The notes: generated by a model from the sequence alone, not told the origin. A stretch of 64,000 nt of DNA from Candidatus Nanoarchaeia archaeon (GCA_036514715.1 DATBWR010000004.1:9147-73146), one strand, 5' to 3'; shown: positions 53,948-63,938, counted from the first letter of the stretch. Program-made: numbers and translations.

Positions 53948-55078
53948 ATGGCAGAAATTCCTTCACTTTTACCTAACTCTTCTGGTTTTGAGACTACTTA
54001 TGGTAATGAGGCAAGAGACGCCTTAGATTATCTGGCCTGGTTTAAAAAACAGTTTGATAGGCAATTATTCTCGTTTTTAGACCAAAAGAAAAAAGAAGCT
54101 TCTGAAATTGACCCACAAACGCAAGATTTAGTTGGCGAAATTATCCGCTTTGGGCAAAACGGCGGAAAAAGGATCCGGCCAGCCTTTATGTACGCTGGTT
54201 ATATTAGTTCAGGTGGCCAAGCCCACGAGGCAATTCTTTTCGCTACTTTGTCAGTTGAGCTTCTTCACACCTTTGCCCTAATTCACGATGACATTATGGA
54301 CAAATCCGATCTGCGCCGTGGTCAGCTCACAACTCATCGGCAATTTACAAAACTTCACCAGTTAAAAAATTTGCGGGGAAAGAGAGAGGATTTTGGCTTA
54401 GCCGCTGCCATCTTGGCTGGGGATCTGTCCTACAGCTTTGCCGAGGAGATCTTTACAGAGGCTCCCTTTCCCCAAGAAAGGGTAAGGAGAGCCCGTTACT
54501 TTTTCGACCAAATGAAGACTCAAGTAGTTTACGGCCAGTATCTGGATGTTTTAGGAGGTTACAAAGAAACTTTAACCGAAGACGAAGTTTTGAAAATCTT
54601 AGAGTACAAGACTGCTAAATACACTGTCGAACGGCCCTTGCATCTGGGAGCAATGCTCGCCGGTGCCGACTACCAAATTCTGGAAGCTTTCAGTCGTTAC
54701 GCTATCCCCCTGGGGCAAGCTTTCCAAATTCAAGATGATATCCTGGGAACTTTCGGCAGTGAGAAAGAAATTGGCAAACCCGCGGACAGCGACATTAAAG
54801 AGGGTAAGAAGACTCTTCTTGTGGTTAAGGCGATGGAGTTAGCAAGCCAGAAAAACAAAAACGCCTTAAAATCTCTTGTTGGTAAGCCTGATGTGACTAA
54901 AGATGAGATTGAAAAGGTTAGGAAAATAATTGAAGAAACCGGCAGTTTAGATTACTGTGTCAAATTATCTCGAGAACTTTTGCGCCAAGCCAAAGAAGTT
55001 GTGACAGGGGCCAAGCTTAAACCAGAAGGCAAAAATTACTTAATTGCCGCCGCGAGTTACTTGGAAACCCGAATTTAA
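53948..55078 (+). CDS. Polyprenyl diphosphate synthase
   Basis: GGKRIRP, LIHDDIMD.S..RRG, GQ.LD, KTA.Y, FQIQDD, GKKT. Confidence 0.93.
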   Translation: MAEIPSLLPNSSGFETTYGNEARDALDYLAWFKKQFDRQLFSFLDQKKKEASEIDPQTQDLVGEIIRFGQNGGKRIRPAFMYAGYISSGGQAHEAILFATLSVELLHTFALIHDDIMDKSDLRRGQLTTHRQFTKLHQLKNLRGKREDFGLAAAILAGDLSYSFAEEIFTEAPFPQERVRRARYFFDQMKTQVVYGQYLDVLGGYKETLTEDEVLKILEYKTAKYTVERPLHLGAMLAGADYQILEAFSRYAIPLGQAFQIQDDILGTFGSEKEIGKPADSDIKEGKKTLLVVKAMELASQKNKNALKSLVGKPDVTKDEIEKVRKIIEETGSLDYCVKLSRELLRQAKEVVTGAKLKPEGKNYLIAAASYLETRI

Positions 55079-55488
55079 AAGACACTAATTTCCCGCTTGC
55101 TTTCATCAACTTTCTTAAACCTTACCCGCACAGTATTTTTCGGTAGAAGCTCTTCAATTATTTCTGGCCATTCGATAGCAACTAGACTGCCGCTTGCAAG
55201 AATTTCTTCAATCCCGACTGATCTGGCCGCTTCCAGACTTTCAGCTCGGTAAAGATCTACATGATGAAAAATTTTGAAGCGGGGATCTCGCAGAGAGTAA
55301 GATCGTACAAAAACGAAAGTTGGGGAAAGGACTCTTTTTTCTATTCCCAAAGTCTTTGCTAAACCTTGAACAAAAGTAGTTTTACCGGTTCCCAACTCTC
55401 CATAGAGAGCAATTACTTTAGGTTCTGTAAGGCTCTCAACCAAATTCTTGGCTAAACTTTGAGTTTCTCGCCCACTTTTAGAAATCAT
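55075..55488 (-). CDS. tsaE: tRNA threonylcarbamoyladenosine ATPase TsaE
   Basis: GELGTGKT, SPTF, H.DLYR, IEW. Confidence 0.93.
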   Translation of the reverse strand: MISKSGRETQSLAKNLVESLTEPKVIALYGELGTGKTTFVQGLAKTLGIEKRVLSPTFVFVRSYSLRDPRFKIFHHVDLYRAESLEAARSVGIEEILASGSLVAIEWPEIIEELLPKNTVRVRFKKVDESKREISVF

Positions 55489-55516
55489 GGGAATATTTTA
55501 CCAAAAGAAGCCTAAC

Positions 55517-56710
55517 TTAAGCAGTGATAACCCGATCTTTTAGTTTTCTCTTCAAAATAACCAGACCACCGAAAGCTAGTAGTAAACTACCTAAAACGAC
55601 CAGAGGGGTGTTAATCGGATTTTTGTCGGTATTACCAACTTGGGCCGAGACTGTGGCTGACGTGGTGGCAGCTAGAACTTGAGGGATTTTAAATTTAGGT
55701 CCAGGGGTTTCTTCTGGGTCGTCAGACTCTAACTGATTAGAACCATTTTTTGAAGTCAGTTGTCTCTCAGACGTTGCAGCTAAAACTGTGGGGTTGGGCG
55801 GATTTTCCGCTCCTGGGGTTGGATTGGAATTGGCGAACCAGCTTCCAGCCTCATCCTTTGCCCAAGACTCTCCCTTAACAGTCGTGTCGTAACGGAAGCT
55901 TTCCACCTCGGTCCCATCAGGTTTCAATAAACGAACCGAGTCGGTCAGATCGTTGAGTTTAGGTGAACTAAAATTAACCACCAAAAAGTTTCCTGCCCCA
56001 ATAATTGTGCCGGCGGGGATTTCGTAGGGAGAAGATTTCCCTGGCTCATCGTCAACCCACCAACCGGAAAGATCGGCTGGTCCTGTCCCCTTATTTTTGA
56101 TTTCTACCCATTCGGTGCCGCTGCCAGGTTGAGCAACAAATTCGTTGAGAGAAGGTTCTCCAATCTGGTCGACAACTGTCGGCGTTCCTGTCTCCTCTTT
56201 TTGCTCCTGTTCCTTGATTACTAAAGAGTAAGTTGCCGAGTCAATGTTGGCAGAGCCGGTTCTAATCCTGACAGCCAGATAGTTTTGTCCGAGCGGGGCA
56301 GTTTTAGTGGAACGCCCTTGAATTTTTCCAACCCAGTAACCATCAGAGTCGGTTTGAAACTGAGGAAATTTGTCCCAGGAAACTGTGTCGGAAAGCCACA
56401 GATTTTGGTTGGGGTTAAAAGTTTGGCCAGCTCTTAAATCGTTAGTCTGCTTGCCGAGGCGAGCCTTGATGAAGTAGCTAGTGTTGGGACTGGCTGAAAT
56501 TTCCAAATTAATTTCAAAGGAAGTTTCGGGAAGAATTTCACTTGGAGCAGTAACTTTAAGAAAATCAGCAGCAACGGCCGAGGGTGTGAAAAAATAAAAC
56601 GAGGTTGTAACAGTAAGTAGAATTAACTGAAGAAACCAAAGTTTTTTCAGCAAGGGTATAGTTTGGGCAAGCATGTGCATTAACTTACATTGCCGCAAAC
56701 TTCCCGTCAA
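55517..56710 (-). CDS. Lamin-tail-domain surface protein
   Basis: LNE......EWVEI.N......DLSGW, LN...D.VRL, TPG..N; C-terminal TM. Confidence 0.78.
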   Translation of the reverse strand: MTGSLRQCKLMHMLAQTIPLLKKLWFLQLILLTVTTSFYFFTPSAVAADFLKVTAPSEILPETSFEINLEISASPNTSYFIKARLGKQTNDLRAGQTFNPNQNLWLSDTVSWDKFPQFQTDSDGYWVGKIQGRSTKTAPLGQNYLAVRIRTGSANIDSATYSLVIKEQEQKEETGTPTVVDQIGEPSLNEFVAQPGSGTEWVEIKNKGTGPADLSGWWVDDEPGKSSPYEIPAGTIIGAGNFLVVNFSSPKLNDLTDSVRLLKPDGTEVESFRYDTTVKGESWAKDEAGSWFANSNPTPGAENPPNPTVLAATSERQLTSKNGSNQLESDDPEETPGPKFKIPQVLAATTSATVSAQVGNTDKNPINTPLVVLGSLLLAFGGLVILKRKLKDRVITA

Positions 56711-56789
56711 CTGAGACGATCAATATAGGAGAAATTCAAACCGGATCAATTTTCTTTCCACCTTTGGTAGCAAAGTTTGAATTTTTAAC

Positions 56790-56810
56790 TTATCTGATGT
56801 GCCAATAGAT
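56790..56810 (-). repeat. Synonymous duplicate of the last codons of the upstream M23 gene
   Basis: ATC TAT TGG CAC ATC AGA TAA versus ATC TAC TGG CAC ATT CGT TAG (56858-56878); both encode IYWHIR-stop. Confidence 0.75.
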
Positions 56811-56857
56811 CGCTAAAGCGCTCTGCGACCACTTCGTGGGCTAAAATTGTTTTCGGT

Positions 56858-58027
56858 CTAACGAATGTGCCAGTAGATAGTTTTTGTACCGTCGCCGTGG
56901 TCAATGCTAATGCCCTTACCTTTGCCAGTACCGGGGATGAGTTGCGGGCAGCCATTATCGCTACCTAAGTAAGCGGTTCCGCTTTTAGCGGCTTTGATTG
57001 GAGCGTTCCAGCCAGCGGTCATGTCAATTGCCGGGTGTCCTCCGGATTGTCCCAGTTGTGCATAAAAAGCGGGGTTAGCACCAAAGGGTTGGGTAATACG
57101 GGGGTTATCCTCCGGCCAGGCTAACACCCCAGAGTTCAAATAAGGCATCGGGTCAACTGCTCGACTGTTGACTAAAAAGCCAAAGTGCAGGTGCGTGCCA
57201 GTGGAACAGCCAGTGTTGCCTTGGAAAGCAATAATCTCGCCGCGTTTGACTGGGCCAAGCTTGGTTCCTAAGTTAAAGAGAGCTTGCTGAATGATTTGCT
57301 GAGCAATTTGTGCTTGAGCTAGCTCGACTTGGAAGTTTTGCTCATTGTTTTTAGTGATGGTGAGAAGGTTCGCCTTTTGGGCCCTTTGGCTATCAAGATC
57401 AGCTTTTTGACTATCAAGTTGAACTTTTAGCTCTTCCGCACTCTTTTTTTGATCGGAAAGATTGGTTTTTTCTTCCTGGTAAGTTTCTTTTAGTTCTTTG
57501 AGTGAAGTTATTAAGCGGACGTCTTGGTCGTGGATAGCTTCAGCGTATTTCTGCAAAACTAAGAAGTTATTAAAGCCTTCGGTTTTGAGGAAAAGTTCAA
57601 GCGGCCCCACAAAGCTTTGTTCGTAGACAGCCCTTACTCGAGAATTGGCAACTTCAGTTCTGTTAGTTAAATCGCTTTCTAAGTCCTCGAGTTTATTTTC
57701 AGTGTTAGCAACATCCAAGGCTAGCTGAGCGATGCGGTTTTCCGTCTCGTCAATTTTAAGCTCAGTTAAGGCAATCTCATCGTCCATCAGAGCAATTTGG
57801 CTGCTCAGGGAACGTTGCTGGTTTTGGGCGTCTTTGATCCTTTTTTGTAAATCGGATTGTTTTTTGAGGTTATCGTTAAGCTGTTTTTGCAATTCAGTAA
57901 AAGTGGAACCAGAATTTTCAGCTAAAGATTTTACCAGAGGAGCCGGCGATAGAGTCAGCAGAAGACTGAAAATTAACACTACTGGTAATAGTTTTTTTAG
58001 TTTAAGAGCTGACCAAAGTTTTTTCAT
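56858..58027 (-). CDS. Coiled-coil M23 peptidase (EnvC-like position), circularly permuted
   Basis: Signal peptide and long coiled coil; GNTG.STG.HLHF precedes HPAID...DHGDG...YWH; downstream of ftsEX. Confidence 0.85.
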   Translation of the reverse strand: MKKLWSALKLKKLLPVVLIFSLLLTLSPAPLVKSLAENSGSTFTELQKQLNDNLKKQSDLQKRIKDAQNQQRSLSSQIALMDDEIALTELKIDETENRIAQLALDVANTENKLEDLESDLTNRTEVANSRVRAVYEQSFVGPLELFLKTEGFNNFLVLQKYAEAIHDQDVRLITSLKELKETYQEEKTNLSDQKKSAEELKVQLDSQKADLDSQRAQKANLLTITKNNEQNFQVELAQAQIAQQIIQQALFNLGTKLGPVKRGEIIAFQGNTGCSTGTHLHFGFLVNSRAVDPMPYLNSGVLAWPEDNPRITQPFGANPAFYAQLGQSGGHPAIDMTAGWNAPIKAAKSGTAYLGSDNGCPQLIPGTGKGKGISIDHGDGTKTIYWHIR

Positions 58028-58031
58028 TTCT

Positions 58032-58913
58032 TTAAATTTCTAAGTAGCGCCGGGTGGCTACCCAAGCCCCAAAAGACCCAATCAGTAAGCCAAGAAACAT
58101 TTCCGCTCCCAGAATGAGCAGAAAAACTAAAGGATCGCTAGGCAAAAGCGGTATTGGTTCGAATTGTTTCTGCAAGGCTGGTGAAATAAACGGATAAAGA
58201 ATGATCAGTATGCCCATTGCCAGCAGAGCACTAATAAAACCGTAAGCAATGCCCTCAATAATAAACGGAGTGCGAACGTAGGCTTTGGTAGCCCCGACCA
58301 GCTTCATAATCTCGATCTCCTCTTTATGCAGCGAAATATTTAAGCCAACTACAATTAGAGTAACCACCACGCTAGTTAAAAGCAAAAAGGAGACGATAAT
58401 AAAACCAACCAGCCGCACCGTTGAGGTTACTTTTATCAAAGTATCGATAATTTCTTGATAGTAAACGACTTTTGAAACTTGCGGCTCACTTTTTAGGGCA
58501 TTGGCGATTTTTTCAAAATCGCCAATTTTGTTACCGGAAACTTCAACTGAGGCTGGTAAAATGTCAGCGGTGACAAACTCAAGAAGGGCAGGCTCGTTTT
58601 TATTACGCTCTCGGTAAATTTCCAAAGCTTCTTCCTTGGAGATGTGTTTGGTGTTAGTAACCGAAGGGATTTTGGAAACGTTATTTTTTATTTCCTCAAT
58701 TTGCTCTAAGCTTGTATCGTCTTTAAGAAAAGCAGTAACTTGAGGCCGGGTTTCGTAATAGTGAATAATTACGTTTGAAGCTAGCGATACTAAAATAAAG
58801 ATTGCACCAACAAAAAAAGTTAAGAACATTACCAAAATCGCTGCCAAGGCGTTGTAGGGGTTGCGTTGAATTCTTTTAGTTGCGGTTTTGGTCAGGCGGT
58901 TTATTTGGGCCAT
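58032..58913 (-). CDS. ftsX: Cell division permease FtsX
   Basis: SKEEAL, LP.S.EV, EIEIMKLVGAT..Y.R.PF..EG. Confidence 0.93.
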   Translation of the reverse strand: MAQINRLTKTATKRIQRNPYNALAAILVMFLTFFVGAIFILVSLASNVIIHYYETRPQVTAFLKDDTSLEQIEEIKNNVSKIPSVTNTKHISKEEALEIYRERNKNEPALLEFVTADILPASVEVSGNKIGDFEKIANALKSEPQVSKVVYYQEIIDTLIKVTSTVRLVGFIIVSFLLLTSVVVTLIVVGLNISLHKEEIEIMKLVGATKAYVRTPFIIEGIAYGFISALLAMGILIILYPFISPALQKQFEPIPLLPSDPLVFLLILGAEMFLGLLIGSFGAWVATRRYLEI

Positions 58914-59639
58914 TTAGTTTTTACTTTCTTTAGTTTCAGTTAACCGTTCTTTCTCCTCTTTTTGGTCTTTGGTACCTTTCTGACGGCTATCCTTAACAAT
59001 TTTGCCTTTCTCAATTTGAACTCGGCGGTGAGGAAGGGAAGAGGTAATATCCAAATTGTGAGTAGCCATAATCACCGTGCTTCCCAGACTATTAACCTTG
59101 GTTAAAAGTTGCATTACTTCCCAAGCGCTTTGCGGGTCCAAATTTCCAGTTGGTTCATCAGCTAAAACTATTTCCGGGCGCAATACTACGGCCCGGGCGA
59201 TTGAAGTTCTTTGAGCCTCCCCACCGGAGAGTTGGCTGGGAAAGTGCCCGGCCTTGTCTTGTAGGTTAACTAACTTCAAAGCTTCATTAGCAGTTTCCGA
59301 AATGTCAGAGTCTTCCAAGCCCATCACTTCTAGGGGAAAGGCAACGTTTTCAAAGACAGTCCTTTGAGGCAGCAGTTTAAAATCCTGAAAAATAGTTCCC
59401 ACCTTGCGGCGCAATACTGGAATGTGTTTTTCTTCTAGGTTAGAGACGTCCCACTCGTCAACCATCACCTTGCCGGCAGTTGGTACTTCCTCGCGGATTA
59501 GAAGCTTGAGAAGGGTAGATTTACCCGCACCGGAATGACCAATTAGAAAAACAAACTCACCGTCGGGAATTTCTAAATCAAGATTTTCCAGAGCGTAGTT
59601 ATCGTAATATTTTTTGGAAACACCGGAGAATTGGATCAT
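58914..59639 (-). CDS. ftsE: Cell division ATPase FtsE
   Basis: GHSGAGKST, FQDFKLL, LSGGE.QR, ADEPTGNLD. Confidence 0.94.
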   Translation of the reverse strand: MIQFSGVSKKYYDNYALENLDLEIPDGEFVFLIGHSGAGKSTLLKLLIREEVPTAGKVMVDEWDVSNLEEKHIPVLRRKVGTIFQDFKLLPQRTVFENVAFPLEVMGLEDSDISETANEALKLVNLQDKAGHFPSQLSGGEAQRTSIARAVVLRPEIVLADEPTGNLDPQSAWEVMQLLTKVNSLGSTVIMATHNLDITSSLPHRRVQIEKGKIVKDSRQKGTKDQKEEKERLTETKESKN

Positions 59640-59721
59640 GGTAAAAGAGATAATACCCTCGGAGACTTAAACTCTAGCAAAAATGAACCTAAAAAGCAAC
59701 CTTTGGTCAGTAGCGCAGGTG

Positions 59722-60798
59722 CTAAAGCCGAATTTCGGCTTCTATAAACTCGTCAATTTCTCCGTTGAGCACCGCGTCTGTATTGCTAGTTTCGTAGTTG
59801 GTGCGTAAATCTTTAACCAATTTATAAGGATGGAGAACGTAAGAGCGAATTTGAGTTCCCCAAGAAGCGGTTTTTTGCCAACTCTTCAACTTCCTTTCTG
59901 CCTCCTCACGTTTGAGTTCTTCCAGTTGGAAAAGTTTCCCCCTGAGAATTTTAAGAGCATTCTCTTTATTCTGGTGCTGAGAGCGCTCTGTCTGGCAGGT
60001 AACAGTTATACCAGAGGGTAAGTGCTTGACTCGGACAGCGGTTGAAACTTTTTGGACATTTTGCCCGCCCGGGCCGCTTGATTTAAATATGTCAAACTGC
60101 AGGTCAGCTTCATTGAGAGTGACTTCACTTGCATCTTCCACCACCGGTAAAACCTCAACTAAAGCAAAAGAAGTCTGACGCAAGTGGTCGGCATTGTATG
60201 GTGATTGTCGCACCAGACGGTGAGTACCCGATTCTCTCTTTAAGAGTCCGTAAGAGAGCCTGCCGGTAATTTCAACTGTGGAAGACTTTATTCCAGCTTC
60301 TTCTCCCTTAGTCTCGTCAACTAAGGTTACTGACCAACCCTTTCGTTCGCAAAACCTTTGGTACATACGCAAGAGCATGGCCGCCCAGTCCATGGCTTCC
60401 ACACCACCCTGACCAGCGTGCACGCTCAAGAAACAATTACCGCTGTCATATTTACCGCCCAGAAAAAGCCGGTCCTCAACCTCGTTAAGCTCTCTCTCGA
60501 TTTTGTCGAGTTCGGCGGCTAAATTTAAGTCTTTTGTTTCCTCGCCTGATAAGGAGAGGAGTTCATGGACAGTTTTTATCCGTTCTTCCAAGTTTTCGAA
60601 TTGAGAAAGTTCTTCTTTTAGGTCAGAAATTTTTTGCATGGTAACTTGAGCGGTTTTTACATCGGTCCAAAAATCGCCTTTCATACCTTGGGCTTCCAGT
60701 TGCCGAAGCTCTTTCTGCAAATTTTCTCGGTCGGTTTTCTTTTCGACTTCAGAGAGCCGCTTTTGCAAAAGCTCCAACCGATCTTTCAATTCTTTCAT
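59722..60798 (-). CDS. prfB: Peptide chain release factor 2
   Basis: DWA.ML.RMY, HRLVRQSPY, R.TSF, GGQ, WG.QIRSYV; a single continuous ORF. Confidence 0.96.
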   Translation of the reverse strand: MKELKDRLELLQKRLSEVEKKTDRENLQKELRQLEAQGMKGDFWTDVKTAQVTMQKISDLKEELSQFENLEERIKTVHELLSLSGEETKDLNLAAELDKIERELNEVEDRLFLGGKYDSGNCFLSVHAGQGGVEAMDWAAMLLRMYQRFCERKGWSVTLVDETKGEEAGIKSSTVEITGRLSYGLLKRESGTHRLVRQSPYNADHLRQTSFALVEVLPVVEDASEVTLNEADLQFDIFKSSGPGGQNVQKVSTAVRVKHLPSGITVTCQTERSQHQNKENALKILRGKLFQLEELKREEAERKLKSWQKTASWGTQIRSYVLHPYKLVKDLRTNYETSNTDAVLNGEIDEFIEAEIRL

Positions 60799-60879
60799 GG
60801 CTTTATAGTTTACTACTTCTTTTGTTTGTGGTAAATTAGGGACCCCTCCCTTAACCTGCCAATTTTTCTGTCCGGTCTG

Positions 60880-61521
60880 ATGAGAAAAAGATATATTCCA
60901 ACACGAGAGCGACGCTCTCCTAATAAAACCCGCCTTTCAATTTCCCTTTCTGGGGTGAGCGTCAGCGTTCTTTTACTACTGGCCGCAATCAGTATTATTT
61001 CCGCCTTGCAAGCCTCTTTTATTAAACCGTATCCCAAAGTTAGCGACCGAGAGGTTGTTCCTGAACAAAAAATTAGTGACGCTGTTGTTGCAAGGCAGGT
61101 AAGCACTCTTCAAAACACACAACTAATCAGTATTCCCAACCCAACTGCCTTTGTAGCCACCTTCCCATTAGAAAAATCCTGGCCAGTGGGTGGCAGGTTG
61201 ACCACTCTTTTCAGTCGTTACCATCCAGCAGTCGATATTGCCACTACTCTGGGGACACCAGTGCATCCTTTTGCCAGTGGAGTTGTGACCCGCGCGGGTT
61301 GGTGGGGTGGTTACGGCAACAGTATTGTTATCCTTCATACTGATGGTTGGGAGAGTCTGTACGCCCATCTTAGCAGAATTTCAGCAGCAGTGGGTCAACA
61401 AGTGGATTTGGGGACAGTAATTGGCAGCGTTGGTAGCACTGGCCGGTCAACTGGCCCACATCTCCACTTTCAGCTTAGCAAGAACGGGCAATTTGTGAAC
61501 CCGTTAACCAACCTTCCCTAA
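60880..61521 (+). CDS. M23 family peptidase
   Basis: HPAVD, YAHL and GSTGRSTGPHLHF in canonical order. Confidence 0.9.
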   Translation: MRKRYIPTRERRSPNKTRLSISLSGVSVSVLLLLAAISIISALQASFIKPYPKVSDREVVPEQKISDAVVARQVSTLQNTQLISIPNPTAFVATFPLEKSWPVGGRLTTLFSRYHPAVDIATTLGTPVHPFASGVVTRAGWWGGYGNSIVILHTDGWESLYAHLSRISAAVGQQVDLGTVIGSVGSTGRSTGPHLHFQLSKNGQFVNPLTNLP

Positions 61522-62606
61522 GAACCTTGCTTTCTCTTTTCCAAGAAAATCGCGCCACCAAAAAGGGCAACCGCAATGATGATTAAGATCAAAGCTTGCA
61601 ACTGTACGCCGCCAAAAGCTTTGTGGAGAAGATCGTTAAGATTGTCCGCTAGTAGTGAAAGAGCCGCACCTTGATAGGTTTCAGAGCCGGCATCAAGGGC
61701 GGAGGAAAGATTTGATTCTACGGTTTGCGGTTTAACTAGGAAAAGAAAAACAGAGGCCGCTATTAGTGGGATGGTACTAGCAGAAACTAGGGTCCAGGCA
61801 AGCCAGCGAAAAACCCCCGCGAAGTTAAACAAGCGCGAAATAGTTAAAAGTATTGCCAAGATACCGCTGACTAAAAGTAGGTAACCAGCAGAGTTTTTTA
61901 AAGCGACAAATAAATTACGCAAATGTTCAAGCGAAGGCCCCTCTTGGTTTTTCCCTGTCGGCTCAGGGTTGTCGGTTGTCAAACTTAAAGGAGGGTCAAA
62001 AACGATTTTATTCTTGGTAATAATTAGGGAGTTTGGGGCGTTGGCGGTAAGATCGCTGATAAGTTTATCAACTTCAAATTCTTGCAAGACTTCCTCAGTG
62101 CTTTTGCTTTGCAGACGACAGTCAAGGGTTGGGCTTTCTGTTCCTTGTAGGGCCAACTCTTGTTTTGGAGTGCAAGCTGGTAGGGCTTCGTAATATTTAA
62201 CAATGGCTGGTTTGAGCCCTTGCTTTAGAGTTTGGGTGTAAGCGGTTAAGTCAACCCTCGCTTCTAAGGAAGAAGAGGCTCCGACAGTGTATTTATAAGT
62301 TTCCCCGACGACTCTTTCTAAATCTTCGGCCAACCTCTCTTTATCAATAGTAGCAATAACACTGCTAACAACTTCGCTGGGTATACCTTGCCCAGGTTGT
62401 TCTGCGGAAGTTAAATTAATAATGGTTGACGGCAGAATCTCTGTTGCCAAGGCCTCATAAGTCTTGTTTTCCTTAAGGGTTTCAAGAAAAGTTGCCTCGT
62501 TTAAAAAGACATTGGAAAAATTATTTAAGAACAGGAAAATAAGTAAAGATGGTATTAGAAAAAAAGCAACGACGCTGGAAAAGAAATTTCTGAGCAGATT
62601 TAACAT
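61518..62606 (-). CDS. Hypothetical membrane protein
   Basis: N-terminal TM, extracytoplasmic domain with two Cys, three C-terminal TMs. Confidence 0.72.
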   Translation of the reverse strand: MLNLLRNFFSSVVAFFLIPSLLIFLFLNNFSNVFLNEATFLETLKENKTYEALATEILPSTIINLTSAEQPGQGIPSEVVSSVIATIDKERLAEDLERVVGETYKYTVGASSSLEARVDLTAYTQTLKQGLKPAIVKYYEALPACTPKQELALQGTESPTLDCRLQSKSTEEVLQEFEVDKLISDLTANAPNSLIITKNKIVFDPPLSLTTDNPEPTGKNQEGPSLEHLRNLFVALKNSAGYLLLVSGILAILLTISRLFNFAGVFRWLAWTLVSASTIPLIAASVFLFLVKPQTVESNLSSALDAGSETYQGAALSLLADNLNDLLHKAFGGVQLQALILIIIAVALFGGAIFLEKRKQGS

Positions 62607-63845
62607 CTAACGTTCAAGCAGTAAACTAAAGTCGCCAGTTAAAAGCTTGGCTAAAATTAAGTATACAACAAAAAGGATCAAAATAATTGCTGGGTAAGTT
62701 TTCGGCAGAGAACGCCCCTCACTAAGGTCCTTGAAAGTCCAACGACTGTTAACCACGTAGTTAAAGATAGCTACTAAGGGTATGGTCATGGCTTTGGAGA
62801 GCAAATCGTAAATTTTTAGGTAGTGGGTGTAGGTTAAAATTTGCATTTGTGAGATCATCAAACCCCCTAAAGAGACAAATTGGAAAGCGAGAAACTTTCT
62901 AACTAGACTTTGTTGTTCCTTCCGTTTTGAAAAAGTCCAGAGGTTATTGAGGGTAAAATTCCAAATAATCGCAAGTTCAACACTCAGAGGATTAGCCCGT
63001 AGCGGAGAAAGTCCCAAATACCTAGTTAAAAGGTAATAGCTGACGTAGTCAACTAAGGTACCGCTTGCGCCGACGAGGGCAAAACGGACGAAAGTTTGGT
63101 GTCGATAGATTAGGGCAAAAGATGTGTCCAGCTTTCCGTTTCCGTCTTTAGCATGGCGCAGACGTAATTTAATTAAATCCACAAAGGCGTTGACCGTATC
63201 TCTGACCCTGACTTGCGAAAGAGAATCGTTGAACCATAAAACCGGTACTTCTTTGATTTTTAATTTCTGTCTCTGAGCAAGGAAAAGCAGTTCGATGTCA
63301 AAGGCGAAGCCGCTGACAGTTTGTTTTTCGAAAATTGGCTCGGTTGTTTTTTTGCGAAAAGCTTTAAAGCCACACTGGGTATCGTAAATGCGCTCAACCG
63401 CCCCCAGCCTGATCAAGATGTTTGCAGCCTTACCAACAAGTTCTCGCAGAAAAGGTTGGCGTTTTTTCACTAAAGAGCGGTCCAAAGCCCGCGACCCAAT
63501 AGCGATATCGTAGCCGTTATTAACCTCGTTTAAGAGTTTGTGAAGCTCAGTTATCGGGGCTGAAAAATCCGCATCGGAAAAAACAACAGTTTCACTCCTT
63601 GCTTCCTGAAACCCCCGTTTCACAGCCGCTCCTTTGCCAAGATTTTCCCCGAGGCTAATAACTTTTAGGTTTTTAATTTCATTTTGAAAAGAGCTTGCAA
63701 CTTGAACAGTTTTGTCGTTGCTTCCGTCATCCACAACAATAACTTCAGAAATATATGAATAAGTATTCATATATTTAGCAAGTTTTTCTAACGACTTGTC
63801 CAGCCGTTTTTCTTCATTAAAACAAGGGATTACTAGTGAGACCAT
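62607..63845 (-). CDS. GT2 dolichyl-phosphate glycosyltransferase-like protein fused to a GtrA-like domain
   Basis: VIP.FNE, VDDGS.D, GKG.AV, DAD, DTQCGFK; C-terminal RFALVG..GT..D, NF.LN..WTF. Confidence 0.88.
   Translation of the reverse strand: MVSLVIPCFNEEKRLDKSLEKLAKYMNTYSYISEVIVVDDGSNDKTVQVASSFQNEIKNLKVISLGENLGKGAAVKRGFQEARSETVVFSDADFSAPITELHKLLNEVNNGYDIAIGSRALDRSLVKKRQPFLRELVGKAANILIRLGAVERIYDTQCGFKAFRKKTTEPIFEKQTVSGFAFDIELLFLAQRQKLKIKEVPVLWFNDSLSQVRVRDTVNAFVDLIKLRLRHAKDGNGKLDTSFALIYRHQTFVRFALVGASGTLVDYVSYYLLTRYLGLSPLRANPLSVELAIIWNFTLNNLWTFSKRKEQQSLVRKFLAFQFVSLGGLMISQMQILTYTHYLKIYDLLSKAMTIPLVAIFNYVVNSRWTFKDLSEGRSLPKTYPAIILILFVVYLILAKLLTGDFSLLLER
63749..63776. promoter_or_regulatory. 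Fourth ArsR/SmtB-type palindrome, intragenic
   Basis: AAATATATGAATA-AG-TATTCATATATTT inside the GT2 coding sequence. Confidence 0.65.
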
Positions 63846-63938
63846 TGCGTAATTTTAGTATACCAGAGCAAGTTTGACGACTTTGATATAGTCGGACTAG
63901 AGTTGAATACAGAGTTTATTGGAAGAAGGTGTATTAAG

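Noticed and set aside
14567-60834. Numerous 60-180 aa ORFs overlapping recognised genes on the opposite strand or in other frames
   Set aside because: No motifs or initiation signals; explained as shadows of real genes.
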